The translations under genes and the position numbers were made by a program. Shown one piece after another: positions 8,632 to 18,149 of a stretch of 32,000 nt of DNA. Location: NCBI GenBank assembly GCA_964648855.1, contig CAZYLT010000015.1, forward strand, positions 1 to 32,000, read 5' to 3'. Under the pieces are notes generated by a model. That model was not told the DNA's origin and searched no databases. It saw only the letters and a program-made list of their open reading frames with translations. Source of the stretch: an uncultured archaeon. GTDB lineage: Archaea; Asgardarchaeota; Thorarchaeia; Thorarchaeales; Thorarchaeaceae. Each line of letters begins with the position of its first letter. The first letter of the stretch is position 1.

Positions 8632-10218
8632 ATGATGGAATTAGATACCTCAATATCCAAAGTCACAGTATTCAGAAATGGAGCTAGAGTGACAAGAGCA
8701 GGTTCAGTGGAAGTAGAACCTGGGGATCTAAAGATTAGAGTTGGTGAGATATCTTCCTCAGCAATTGAAGATAGTTTCCGTGTTGATGGACGTGGGAAGG
8801 CACACATTGTCGCCCTTGACGTACAAAGAAAGGATCGAGTGTTTGAACCCGAAAAGGATATTGAACATATCTATTCCAGATTAAAGGAGTTGCGGCGAAG
8901 GCTGATAGCACTAGATGACGAAATAGAAATTGAAAATCTGAAAATCTCCAGCATGCAGCAGTTATTGGATGATTTTTCAGAAACCTATGGTACTATTTTG
9001 GCAGCAAATGAAACGGATATTTCCCAGCTGGAGAATATCGACTCTAAGAGTTCAGAAGTGAAATCCAAAGCGAGGAAGAAGCTGAGAGATTTGAGCAAAA
9101 AGCAGCGGGATATTCAAACGGAAATTGAGATATTGGAAGCAGAGATTGGAAAAATCAACAGTGAACGAAGAACAGAGACATTCTATGATGTAGATATAGA
9201 TTTGGAGGCTGAAGAAAAAGGAACCATTCAGCTCGAACTCGCTTACCAGACGGCTAGTGCGAGCTGGACCCCAAGTTATGATATCAATGTTGGACGGGAC
9301 TCATGCATAATAAGAAGAATGGGTCTTATCCGCAATAGTACTGGGGAGGTTTGGAAAGACATAGGCTTAAGGGTATCAACAGCGACAGCTACACCTGCAC
9401 ATGCAATAGAAGGCACTCCTCTGTATATAACAGCATATGACCCTGAAGCCATTAGGGCTAGAAAGGAAAGAGCAAAAAGAAGTATGAGAAGGGCACCAGC
9501 TGCCGCCGCTGAACCGGCACCTTTAGAGGAATCGGCTGGAGCTCCCCCTCCAAGTCCACCGCCTGAGTTAGAGGAAACCTTTGCTGAATCTAGTGAAACA
9601 GTATCGGGAATTTCAGTTTATGACGTACCAGATGCCATATCAATTCCATCTGACGGAAACAAGCATCCTGTTGCTTTGTCGGAAGAAGAGCTGGATTCGT
9701 TAACAACATACTTCTGGTATGCCGATGAGATGGCATATGTTGTTGCGCAGAACGAAGTGACAAACGGATCTCACTTGATTTTGCCAGGCGAGGCGAAAGT
9801 CTATGAGGAAAATGATTTGGTGGGCGAAACAACAATTCCACAAATAGCCCCGCGTGAGAAGTTCAAGATTGGCACCAGAATTGCGAACAAAGTTAAGGGG
9901 GAGAAGAAACTCGTAAAGAAGCAGATTCAGAAATCAGGGTTAGCTAGAGGGAAAATTCAACAGAACTATGGATATACTCTAAGCCTTGAGAATTTTGCAG
10001 AGAGGACGATCAAGGTTACTGTAAAGGATAGAATTCCGCATAGTTTCAACCCATCAATAGAAATTGAGATTCTGGACACAGAGCCCAAACCAAAGACATC
10101 AGAACTTGGCATTCTTGAATGGGAATTGGAGATGGAAGAGGGAGCCTCCAAATCAATCGAATACGGGTACAAAGTGACGTGGGAGAAGGAAACGGTCATT
10201 GTGCCCCCGTTGCCATAG
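8632..10218 (+). CDS. DUF4140/DUF4139 domain protein (MuiA/TIGR02231-like), paralogue 1
   Basis: ISKVTVFRNGARVTR, DSFRV, long coiled coil, ASWTPSYDI, NSTGEVW..LRVSTA, VKDRIP, GILEWEL. Start likely 8632/8635. Confidence 0.88.
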   Translation: MMELDTSISKVTVFRNGARVTRAGSVEVEPGDLKIRVGEISSSAIEDSFRVDGRGKAHIVALDVQRKDRVFEPEKDIEHIYSRLKELRRRLIALDDEIEIENLKISSMQQLLDDFSETYGTILAANETDISQLENIDSKSSEVKSKARKKLRDLSKKQRDIQTEIEILEAEIGKINSERRTETFYDVDIDLEAEEKGTIQLELAYQTASASWTPSYDINVGRDSCIIRRMGLIRNSTGEVWKDIGLRVSTATATPAHAIEGTPLYITAYDPEAIRARKERAKRSMRRAPAAAAEPAPLEESAGAPPPSPPPELEETFAESSETVSGISVYDVPDAISIPSDGNKHPVALSEEELDSLTTYFWYADEMAYVVAQNEVTNGSHLILPGEAKVYEENDLVGETTIPQIAPREKFKIGTRIANKVKGEKKLVKKQIQKSGLARGKIQQNYGYTLSLENFAERTIKVTVKDRIPHSFNPSIEIEILDTEPKPKTSELGILEWELEMEEGASKSIEYGYKVTWEKETVIVPPLP

Positions 10219-10230
10219 GAGTGGATACTG

Positions 10231-11787
10231 ATGATAGAGTGTGAAACAAAAATCGACAGAGTGATTGTATTCCGAGATGGAGCCAAGGTCACGCGAATTG
10301 GCAAAATAGACTTGAAACCTGGACAGCACACCGTTAGGGTTGGCAATATCTCCAAGTATGCAGAAAAAGATAGTTTCCGCGTGAAGGGCAAGGGTCATGC
10401 CAGATTGAAAAGCGTCGATGCTAAAAAAGTGACCAAGACATTCGAGCCTAAGAATGAGATAGGAGAATTGAGGAAGGAGTTGGATTCGCTTGAAGAAGAG
10501 AAGAAAGGCATTGTTGATAGGATATCGACTCAACAAGAAAGGGTGAAGTACCTCAGAGATATCTTGGGGCATTTCTCTAGCGAATTCGGTAAATGGCATC
10601 CGCTCAAAGATACGCCTCTTGAAACATTGGAGAAGAGCCAGAGCTTTATCATAAATGCACTTGGAGAAGCTAAGAAGAAAATACGAGACTTAGGGTATGA
10701 GTTGGAAGATGTTGAAGCTAAAATCCACGCAGTCAATGCTAATATCAATAGGGTGGGAGCAGCAAGAAGAACTGAAACAGAAACAATGGTCCGGATTTTG
10801 TTCGAAGCCGCTACGGAAACTTCTGTAAATTTGGAGATATCCTACGTACACAAATTCGCCCAGTGGGAACCTGTATATGATATCGACCTCACTGATGAAA
10901 AGGCTACAGTCAAAAGAATCGCCAATGTTCTCAATCAAAGCCTAGAAGATTGGATTGATACGGACCTAACAGTTTCAACAGCATCAATGCGACCTGTGCA
11001 GGCAATCCAACCTCAACCGTACTATGTCGATGTTGCTACTAGAGCATATGAAGCTGCACCACCCAGAACTGACAAGGCAGGATTTGGGATGGCAAGAGAA
11101 ACCTCGCTGATGGACGTGTCGGTTAGTGATGATACATTGAGACCAAAATATGCAGAAGCCTCTCAAACGTTAGGAGGTATCGTGCAGTATGACATACCTG
11201 GAAGGTTAACTGTTCTATCCGATGTTGATTCGAGCCCCGTAACGCTGACAAAAGAAGAACTCTCATCTCAGCTCATTTACTTCTGGAATGCATATGCCAT
11301 GGCAGAACCAGTAGCCCAAAATGAGGTCAAAATTGGCAATTCGATGCTCTTACCTGGAAAGGCAAGGATTTACGAGGATGGCGATTTCATTGGGGAAACA
11401 ACAATGGATATCGTCGCACCGGGCGAAAAGATAGCAATTGGCACAAGAGTTACATATGATGTCAAATGCGAAAAAATCCTGAAGACAAAGGAAACTGAGA
11501 AGGCAGGTTTGACTAGAGGGAACACCCGCCGCGAATACAGATATGAACTAAAAATTAATTCATACGCAAAGAGAGAGAGACCAATTCGAGTAGTAGATAG
11601 GATTCCCCACAGCTCATCAGAGAAGGTTGATGTGGAGCTTAAGCAGTCTGATCCCTTCCCAGAAAAGCAGGAACTAGGAGTCTTGGAGTGGCATTTGGAG
11701 GTCCAGCCAAATGAGGAATTTGTATTGTCATACAGTTTTGAGGTGGAGTGGGAGAAAGGATTGAAGCTGAGACCGTCTCTGCCCTAA
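10231..11787 (+). CDS. DUF4140/DUF4139 domain protein, paralogue 2
   Basis: IDRVIVFRDGAKVTR, DSFRV, coiled coil, AQWEPVYDI, NQSLEDW..LTVSTA, VVDRIP, GVLEWHL; 12 nt after paralogue 1 with SD GGAG. Confidence 0.88.
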   Translation: MIECETKIDRVIVFRDGAKVTRIGKIDLKPGQHTVRVGNISKYAEKDSFRVKGKGHARLKSVDAKKVTKTFEPKNEIGELRKELDSLEEEKKGIVDRISTQQERVKYLRDILGHFSSEFGKWHPLKDTPLETLEKSQSFIINALGEAKKKIRDLGYELEDVEAKIHAVNANINRVGAARRTETETMVRILFEAATETSVNLEISYVHKFAQWEPVYDIDLTDEKATVKRIANVLNQSLEDWIDTDLTVSTASMRPVQAIQPQPYYVDVATRAYEAAPPRTDKAGFGMARETSLMDVSVSDDTLRPKYAEASQTLGGIVQYDIPGRLTVLSDVDSSPVTLTKEELSSQLIYFWNAYAMAEPVAQNEVKIGNSMLLPGKARIYEDGDFIGETTMDIVAPGEKIAIGTRVTYDVKCEKILKTKETEKAGLTRGNTRREYRYELKINSYAKRERPIRVVDRIPHSSSEKVDVELKQSDPFPEKQELGVLEWHLEVQPNEEFVLSYSFEVEWEKGLKLRPSLP

Positions 11788-12057
11788 TCGTTGTCGAGTG
11801 CTTGTATTATACTTCCTCCGAATATTTCGCTAATTAGTTCCGGTAACCAATTTGACATTTGAAGGCAAGATTCTACAACAAACACTCTTCTAACCCACAA
11901 AGACACCTACCTCGGGACAAGGCCATACTGGTGCCTGCATACCATTTTTCGCAACCTCACTTCTGCTCTCGTTCTGGCTGCTTTTCCCAGACAGTATGAT
12001 TGTCATACAAGTTTTACCAGTCTATGACTGCAGTTCAAATACAAAACCGGAGATCTA

Positions 12058-13407
12058 TCAATCAAAAGAAGTATCCATCTCTTCAATTAAGGCAACAATC
12101 CGTTTGATACTCTTGCGGAAGTTTTCTATTGTGACTGTTTCATCAGGTGAGTGTGCCCGCGAATAGAAATCTGAACAGCCGATGGAAACCATCGGAACGT
12201 GGTCTTTGAATAGGTGAAGAGGACCTGAACCCGGGCTAGTGGGCTGTATTCGGATATCATGACCGAATGCTTTCCTATTTGCAGAATTGACAATCTCCAC
12301 AAATGGATGATTAACAGGCGTCTTTGCCGCAGGATACCCATCATGCCAAGCGATTTCGATATCCGAGAATCCGTTGGAATCGAGGTGCTTACGGAGCTTC
12401 AAGAGTATGTCCTGTGGATCCATGGATTCCACCAATCGAAAATCAACCTTCGCCATTGCTTCTGCTGGCAAGACCGTCTTTGATCCTTCACCTTGCCAGC
12501 CGCTCCCTATACCACATATGTTACAGGTAGGTCCGTTGTAGAACTCCATCTTCAGGGCTTGACCTTCCAATCCGTTAACGAACTGGTCAATATCATAGTA
12601 CTCCCTTACATCATCCTCATGCAGCTCAATATTTCTGATTGCCTCCAATTCGGCGTCTGACAGTGTGTTGACATCATCATAGAAGCCGTCAATGAGTATC
12701 TCCCCGTCTTTATTCTTTAACGAATTAAGCGCCCATACTAGTCTGTAAGGAGCAGAAGGCAACACGCATGCATTTGCTGAATGTGAATCCATCCTCAGTT
12801 TATTTATTTCAAGCTGAACGTAGAGAAGGCCCTTCAACCCGAGCCACGCTTCTTGAAAGCCATCAATTCCAGAGCCGCCAAATTCCCAAATGCCACCATC
12901 AGCCTTAATGAAATCTTCATTCTCACTCACGAATTCATGCAGGTGAGGGCTTCCGATCTCCTCCTCCCCCTCAATGACAAATTTGATGTTTACAGGTATC
13001 TCAACGTCCGATTCAATGAATGCCTTCAAAGCCCAAATGCGGGTAACAATATCCCCCTTGTTGTCAGCTACTCCTCTTGCATAGAGCCTTCCGTTTCTTC
13101 GACTTAGCTCAAAGGGAGGAGAATTCCAAAGATCAAAGGGTTCAGCGGGCTGAACATCATAATGGTCATAGAATAAGAGTGTGCGCTCTGCATGCACATT
13201 CATTTCGCCAGTTATCACCGGGAAACCTGAAGTTTCATGGAGCGCGGTTTCAAGTCCTAGGGAATCAAGCCATGATTTCACCAAATTGGCAGCATCAAGC
13301 ATGTGCTCCCCCTTTGCGGCAACAGAGGGAATTGAACAGAACTCAGCCAAATCATTTACAGCATCATCAACGTGACCATCAATATAGGAAAAAACCTTCT
13401 CAGACAT
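12058..13407 (-). CDS. M20/M25/M40 family metallopeptidase (dipeptidase/deacylase)
   Basis: YDHYDVQP, ARGVADNKG, EGEEEIGS, DSHS, AHSPDE. Start likely MSEKVF at 13407. Confidence 0.93.
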   Translation of the reverse strand: MSEKVFSYIDGHVDDAVNDLAEFCSIPSVAAKGEHMLDAANLVKSWLDSLGLETALHETSGFPVITGEMNVHAERTLLFYDHYDVQPAEPFDLWNSPPFELSRRNGRLYARGVADNKGDIVTRIWALKAFIESDVEIPVNIKFVIEGEEEIGSPHLHEFVSENEDFIKADGGIWEFGGSGIDGFQEAWLGLKGLLYVQLEINKLRMDSHSANACVLPSAPYRLVWALNSLKNKDGEILIDGFYDDVNTLSDAELEAIRNIELHEDDVREYYDIDQFVNGLEGQALKMEFYNGPTCNICGIGSGWQGEGSKTVLPAEAMAKVDFRLVESMDPQDILLKLRKHLDSNGFSDIEIAWHDGYPAAKTPVNHPFVEIVNSANRKAFGHDIRIQPTSPGSGPLHLFKDHVPMVSIGCSDFYSRAHSPDETVTIENFRKSIKRIVALIEEMDTSFD

Positions 13408-13501
13408 ATTGATCAGGCATACTGAAGCATAGGGCAAAAGAAAAATGCTCCTATCAGGTGTTGGAAAGCAGGTTCAGCCCTTTTTTGTAAATCTATGCAT
13501 C

Positions 13502-13654
13502 CTACATTTTCACTGGACGACAGAGGAATTCCTTTTTGTTGGCAGCCCTGCCACAGACTTCACAAATCCACTTTGGATTCTTGATGCGTTCTCGCATTTC
13601 TTCCACGCCATGATGTCGCGAGTATTCACAAAGATGCTGGGAATGGTCACTCAT
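13502..13654 (-). CDS. Small (50 aa) His/Cys-rich putative metal-binding protein
   Basis: MSDHSQHLCEYSRHHGVEEMRERIKNPKWICEVCGRAANKKEFLCRPVKM; SD GGTGA upstream of ATG 13654; HLC...CxxCGR...LCxP pattern. Confidence 0.8.
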   Translation of the reverse strand: MSDHSQHLCEYSRHHGVEEMRERIKNPKWICEVCGRAANKKEFLCRPVKM

Positions 13655-13935
13655 AATTGGGTTTTCACCTAATACCATCGCTACTCGGTCGCTTGAAACT
13701 CTTTTGCTTCCAACTTCAAAGACAGGTCTATAATCCCAAATTATTGGAATAGTTCTCATCTGTTCGCAAAACCAGCAGCTGTTAGGAATAATACGCACAA
13801 TCGATAGAGTGCCCACCATTTTACCTTGTTAAATTGTTCCATTCCTAAGAAGAATAAGGCTAGAATGGAAATCAGTGCGTTCAAGCTAGTGGAGTGAATA
13901 CTTAGTACTATTCGGTTGCGTGAAGTACTAGGCTG

Positions 13936-13976
13936 AGAAAAGGAATAGAAGAGGGCAGCTATGTCGCACCCTCTTC
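13936..13976 (-). terminator. Intrinsic-terminator-like hairpin downstream of gap
   Basis: GAAGAGGG/CCCTCTTC 8-bp perfect stem (13948-13955/13969-13976), followed on the minus strand by UAUUCCUUUUCUC. Confidence 0.55.
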
Positions 13977-14005
13977 GCAATGCACTGAGTTATCCTATCA
14001 GTATC

Positions 14006-15007
14006 TCACAGTTTGTCTGCCACATATTCTGCAAGGTCGACCATGCGCATCGCATAGCCAGCTTCATTGTCATACCATGAAAGGACCTTGACCAGATCAC
14101 CCATAACAATTGTCGCCAGTGAGTCATAGATGCTTGAATGCGTATCGCCGATGATGTCAGATGAAACAATGGGTTCATCCACATATTCAAGAATACCCTT
14201 GAGCTCTCCCTCTGCAGCCTTCTTGAATGCCTTGTTAACTTCATCCAGCGTGACTTCCTTTTCGAGAACGGCTGTCAAATCAACCACCGATCCATCCATC
14301 ACGGGTACTCTCATCGCCATAGCGTCAAGCCTACCGTCCATTTCAGGATACACCAGTGCGGTGGCTTTGGCAGCTCCAGTTGTCGTCGGAATGATGTTCC
14401 ATCCTGCAGCTCTTGCTCTCCTAAGGTCTTTATGTGGAAGGTCAAGAATGCTTTGACTTGTTGTGACTGCATGAGTAGTTGTCATAAGTCCCTTCTTGAT
14501 TCCGAACTCCTCGTGTAGGACCTTAGCAACTGGCGTAAGACAATTGGTTGTGCACGACGCGTTGGATATAACATGGTCATTCTCCGGTTCATATTCATCT
14601 TCATTGACGCCGAGGACGATGGTTCGCATTGGACTCTTGCCCGGAGCGCTGATTAATACCTTCTTTGCTCCAGCCTCAAGATGCTTCTCTGCATCCGCCT
14701 TCTTCCTAAAAATGCCGGTCGATTCAATTACAATATCGACCTTCATTTCTTTCCAAGGCAATTTAGCTGGGTCTCTTTCTGAAAGCATCTTGATTTTGTG
14801 TCCGTCAATGATGATGTGTCCATCTGCATATTCAACGGTTCCATCGTGCTTTCCAAACACCGTGTCATACTTGAACAGATGTGTGAGAGTTTCTGCATCC
14901 GCCAAGTCATTAATTGCAACTATTTCAAAATGCTTTGACTTCAGGCCAAGAGCTGCAAACCTTCTTCCTATCCGTCCAAAGCCATTGATAGCCAAACGTA
15001 CTGTCAT
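14006..15007 (-). CDS. gap: Glyceraldehyde-3-phosphate dehydrogenase, class I (bacterial/eukaryotic type)
   Basis: AINGFGRIGR, ESTG, SNASCTTNCL catalytic Cys, S-loop DLPHKDLRRARAA, WYDNE. Confidence 0.97.
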   Translation of the reverse strand: MTVRLAINGFGRIGRRFAALGLKSKHFEIVAINDLADAETLTHLFKYDTVFGKHDGTVEYADGHIIIDGHKIKMLSERDPAKLPWKEMKVDIVIESTGIFRKKADAEKHLEAGAKKVLISAPGKSPMRTIVLGVNEDEYEPENDHVISNASCTTNCLTPVAKVLHEEFGIKKGLMTTTHAVTTSQSILDLPHKDLRRARAAGWNIIPTTTGAAKATALVYPEMDGRLDAMAMRVPVMDGSVVDLTAVLEKEVTLDEVNKAFKKAAEGELKGILEYVDEPIVSSDIIGDTHSSIYDSLATIVMGDLVKVLSWYDNEAGYAMRMVDLAEYVADKL

Positions 15008-15119
15008 TAAACTGAAACACCTTTCTGCGTGTTATTTAAGGAAAAGTATCTCATGCCTATATGTCTTGTGAAATCAAATCTTAGTTTCAGCATCCATTGT
15101 TTGCTTCCGTTCCATACTT

Positions 15120-16199
15120 GTGGTTTCTGAGAAATATCGATCCGATGTCTTCATATCAGAAAATGTTTCTCAAAAGAGGAGAAGGAAGCCGTGCCAAAGG
15201 TTGTTTGCAGAAATCAGTGAAATCGATTTGAAAGAAGGAAAGCTCCTGTATAGGGGACACGATGCAACAGATATTGCAATGAAATACTCATTCGAGGAAG
15301 CATTCTTTTTGCTAACATATGGTAGGCTCCCAGATGGGAGCGAGCTCGAGGGCTTTATCGACTATCTCTCCTCGTTGCGACAAAGAATCAAGGTGATACA
15401 TTCAAATATACAAGAAACTGAAATCAAGTCGATTGAAACTGTTCCTTCCTACCTATCCAGAGTAAATAATGAATCGAGCCTGACAAGAAAGGATAAAGCG
15501 TTCCAGTTTGTTGCAGTACTCCCAGATTATGTAGCATTGACTAATATGAAATCAATTCCCGTCGCTGATAAACAACATACTAATTCCGTGAAACATGCTC
15601 AGCACGTGTTGAATCTACTTGCACCAAATTCGAATTCAGAAGAAGATTTACACGATTTTGAAGCTTGCCTGATTCTCCATATGGATGATCCTGATAACCC
15701 CTCATTGTCCGCTCTTAAAAGAAAATTCAAGGAAACAAAAAATGCATACCAGGCCTTAGAAGAAGCCTTGACACACCATATCGACCCTCTTCACCATGGT
15801 GCAGGTTATGAGTCATTCAAGATGTTGCAAGAACTCCACCAAGCAAGTTCTGTGAGAAAGGCACTTGAAAAAAGATTGGAAGACGGGAAGAGAATTTTCG
15901 GGATGGGGCACAGGATATACGAAACCATTGACCCGCGAGCCAAAATCTTAGAAGATATTCTCCAACGAAGAACCGAGGGAACCGATAACTACTGGATGTA
16001 TGAAATGGCGAATAGTGTAGCCGTGATAGGCGCAGAAGTCATTCTGGATTCCAAGGGTGTTATAGTCCATCCAAATCTTGATCTTTACAATGCGGCGGTC
16101 TATACTTCATTCGGCATTTCGCCTGAATTAAACACTGACCTGTTTGCAATCTCAAGAGCCGCCGGTTGGGTCTCTCATCTCATTGAAATGTACGATTAG
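15120..16199 (+). CDS. Citrate synthase / 2-methylcitrate synthase family protein, divergent
   Basis: ISEID..GKLLYRG, SFEE..FLL.YGRLP, PLHHGA, GMGHRIY..DPR, PNLD, SRAAGW; start uncertain. Confidence 0.82.
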   Translation: MVSEKYRSDVFISENVSQKRRRKPCQRLFAEISEIDLKEGKLLYRGHDATDIAMKYSFEEAFFLLTYGRLPDGSELEGFIDYLSSLRQRIKVIHSNIQETEIKSIETVPSYLSRVNNESSLTRKDKAFQFVAVLPDYVALTNMKSIPVADKQHTNSVKHAQHVLNLLAPNSNSEEDLHDFEACLILHMDDPDNPSLSALKRKFKETKNAYQALEEALTHHIDPLHHGAGYESFKMLQELHQASSVRKALEKRLEDGKRIFGMGHRIYETIDPRAKILEDILQRRTEGTDNYWMYEMANSVAVIGAEVILDSKGVIVHPNLDLYNAAVYTSFGISPELNTDLFAISRAAGWVSHLIEMYD

Positions 16200-16205
16200 A
16201 ATGCT

Positions 16206-17117
16206 TCACCGATCTTTTGATAGATTCCAGGATTCAACTACTTCTAAGACTTCTCTCTTTTCATTGATTCTGAGTGGATGGATGGGAGCTCGGCATCTAC
16301 CGCCAGTTAATCCAACATAATCTAATGCTGCTTTCACCACGGGAACATTGTTTGCTTTGCCCCTCCCTTCGCGGAGGTATTCCAAGGGAGTTATCTTGCG
16401 TTGTATCTCCATTGCAGTAGAGTAATCAGCACCTTTCAGCGCTTCGAGCATTTGAACAGATATTTCTGGCGCGAAGTTTCCAAGACCTGATGTGAAACCC
16501 TCTGCCCCAGCAAGCCAAAAGAATGGTGCAAATCGCTCTGCTGTTCCACAAGACCAAACTACGTCGTTCCCAAGGTCTTGCACCGTTTTTGCGAAGTCCA
16601 CTATCCTGCCATGTGCATATTTCACTCCAACAAGATTGTCATTCTTGATGAGAGATGCCAACACTGCATCAGTCATTAGACCTCCTTTCTTGTACAACAC
16701 AACTCCAATTTCATTAGCAGCGTCAATGATTTTCTGGCAATAGTTGAGTAACCCCTCAGCCGAGGCAAACACATGCCGAGGATACATAATCATAATGCCA
16801 TCAGCACCGAGTTCACTAGCAATTTTTGTCTGGTTCAGAGCAGTATTGATTGACCCTCCTGCTCCAGCCAATACACAAGCATCATTGCTCGTAGATTCAA
16901 TTGTGGTTTCAACGACTGACTCCCACTCTTCATCAGACAGAGAATAGTATTCTCCTGTATTGCCACACGGAACAAACAAGGAGATACCATGTTTTGATAA
17001 GAATCGGAGATTTCCCTCCAAGCCATGCAAATCTATATTGGATAGGTCTTCAGTAAATGGTGTCGCTGTTGTAACTGCAACCCCTTTCAGGGCATTACGG
17101 ATCTTTTCTGATGTCAT
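16206..17117 (-). CDS. Dihydrodipicolinate synthase (DapA/NanA/KdgD) family aldolase/dehydratase
   Basis: TPF, GNTGEY, ELGADG, VLY, Schiff-base Lys in GVKYA. Confidence 0.9.
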   Translation of the reverse strand: MTSEKIRNALKGVAVTTATPFTEDLSNIDLHGLEGNLRFLSKHGISLFVPCGNTGEYYSLSDEEWESVVETTIESTSNDACVLAGAGGSINTALNQTKIASELGADGIMIMYPRHVFASAEGLLNYCQKIIDAANEIGVVLYKKGGLMTDAVLASLIKNDNLVGVKYAHGRIVDFAKTVQDLGNDVVWSCGTAERFAPFFWLAGAEGFTSGLGNFAPEISVQMLEALKGADYSTAMEIQRKITPLEYLREGRGKANNVPVVKAALDYVGLTGGRCRAPIHPLRINEKREVLEVVESWNLSKDR

Positions 17118-17199
17118 AATGAATCGACCACTTTTCTAAGAGTGTGTTGATTAATTCTATCTGATATATCCGACTGTAGATGCGTCGATGCTCTTCAGC

Positions 17200-18036
17200 C
17201 TACGGAAAACCAGAAACGAGCCTCTCCTTTTCAGCAGACGTACCTGCAAAATCAATTTCTATGGTCCGGTAAGCCGATTCGCAGGGATTTCCCCTCGCAA
17301 CGTGGATTGCGTACTCTGGACCGTCCTCAGACTCAAGAGATTCTAATATGTAAGAGTACGAGGTCATTCCCCGAAATGTGTCCCCATTTGGGTCATAATG
17401 CCGACAGATTGAGTCAAACCCCCTATCTTCAGAATGTGAACTGAGTATCTTGCTGATGTCCGAAAGGTCCTCAGCCCCCTCCAGCATTCTACACGCCACC
17501 TGCAGCCTGTGTTGACTTGACGTCAGTGACCCCCCAGCTTCTCTCATTTCAGCTGGTGCGGATTCTATGTGGTTCGAGGTGGGGAGCTTCAGATGATGGT
17601 TGGTTCTCACCACCATTCTAACATCGCTCTCCTCAGCCATCTTACTATCTCCGATTTCAACAACACCCACATTCCCAGAATCAGAAATCACAAAGTTGCA
17701 CCACTGATACTCAGATCCGCTGTTCAAATCATCTCGCACGATACGGATTGCCTCGCTCAGTGATTTTGCTTCTCTCAAGAGCGATTCAAGAAGGTCATCA
17801 TAAGGGGGATCCTCCGAGATTAATACCGTAGCACTGGCAATCATCACACCATGGCTGTTGATACCAATAGATGCACCGGTGGGTCTTCCAACTGCGATGT
17901 CCAGACCTGTTACTAGAAAAGCTTCATCATCAAATTTGGCGGTGTCTTTAAAGTCCGAATAGACTAAATCGCGATTCTTGAACAGGAAGCGCTTTTCATC
18001 AACATCGAGCGCCCCTATGGTACATCCATCTGCCAT
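17200..18036 (-). CDS. N-terminal nucleophile (Cys) hydrolase, peptidase C45/AAT-like
   Basis: MADG|CT N-terminus, KNRD, GINSHG, RTNH, SICRH. Start likely 18036 (SD-like GGAAGGT upstream). Confidence 0.78.
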   Translation of the reverse strand: MADGCTIGALDVDEKRFLFKNRDLVYSDFKDTAKFDDEAFLVTGLDIAVGRPTGASIGINSHGVMIASATVLISEDPPYDDLLESLLREAKSLSEAIRIVRDDLNSGSEYQWCNFVISDSGNVGVVEIGDSKMAEESDVRMVVRTNHHLKLPTSNHIESAPAEMREAGGSLTSSQHRLQVACRMLEGAEDLSDISKILSSHSEDRGFDSICRHYDPNGDTFRGMTSYSYILESLESEDGPEYAIHVARGNPCESAYRTIEIDFAGTSAEKERLVSGFP

Positions 18037-18149
18037 ACCTTCCATATGCATGTACAAGTATTTCAATACAGTGTTGAACGGAATTTAGAGTTCAGAATAA
18101 ACAAGAACACTTTTCTCTGATGAGGAATCCTCTGTTTCTGTGAGCGATT

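Noticed and set aside
13655-13980. ORF 13756..13980(-) and the extension of 13502..13819
   Set aside because: No motifs; they overlap the gap terminator hairpins, and a good SD supports the start at 13654.
14130-15071. Long antisense ORFs opposite gap (108 and 191 aa)
   Set aside because: Typical antisense shadows of a codon-biased conserved gene; no independent signals.
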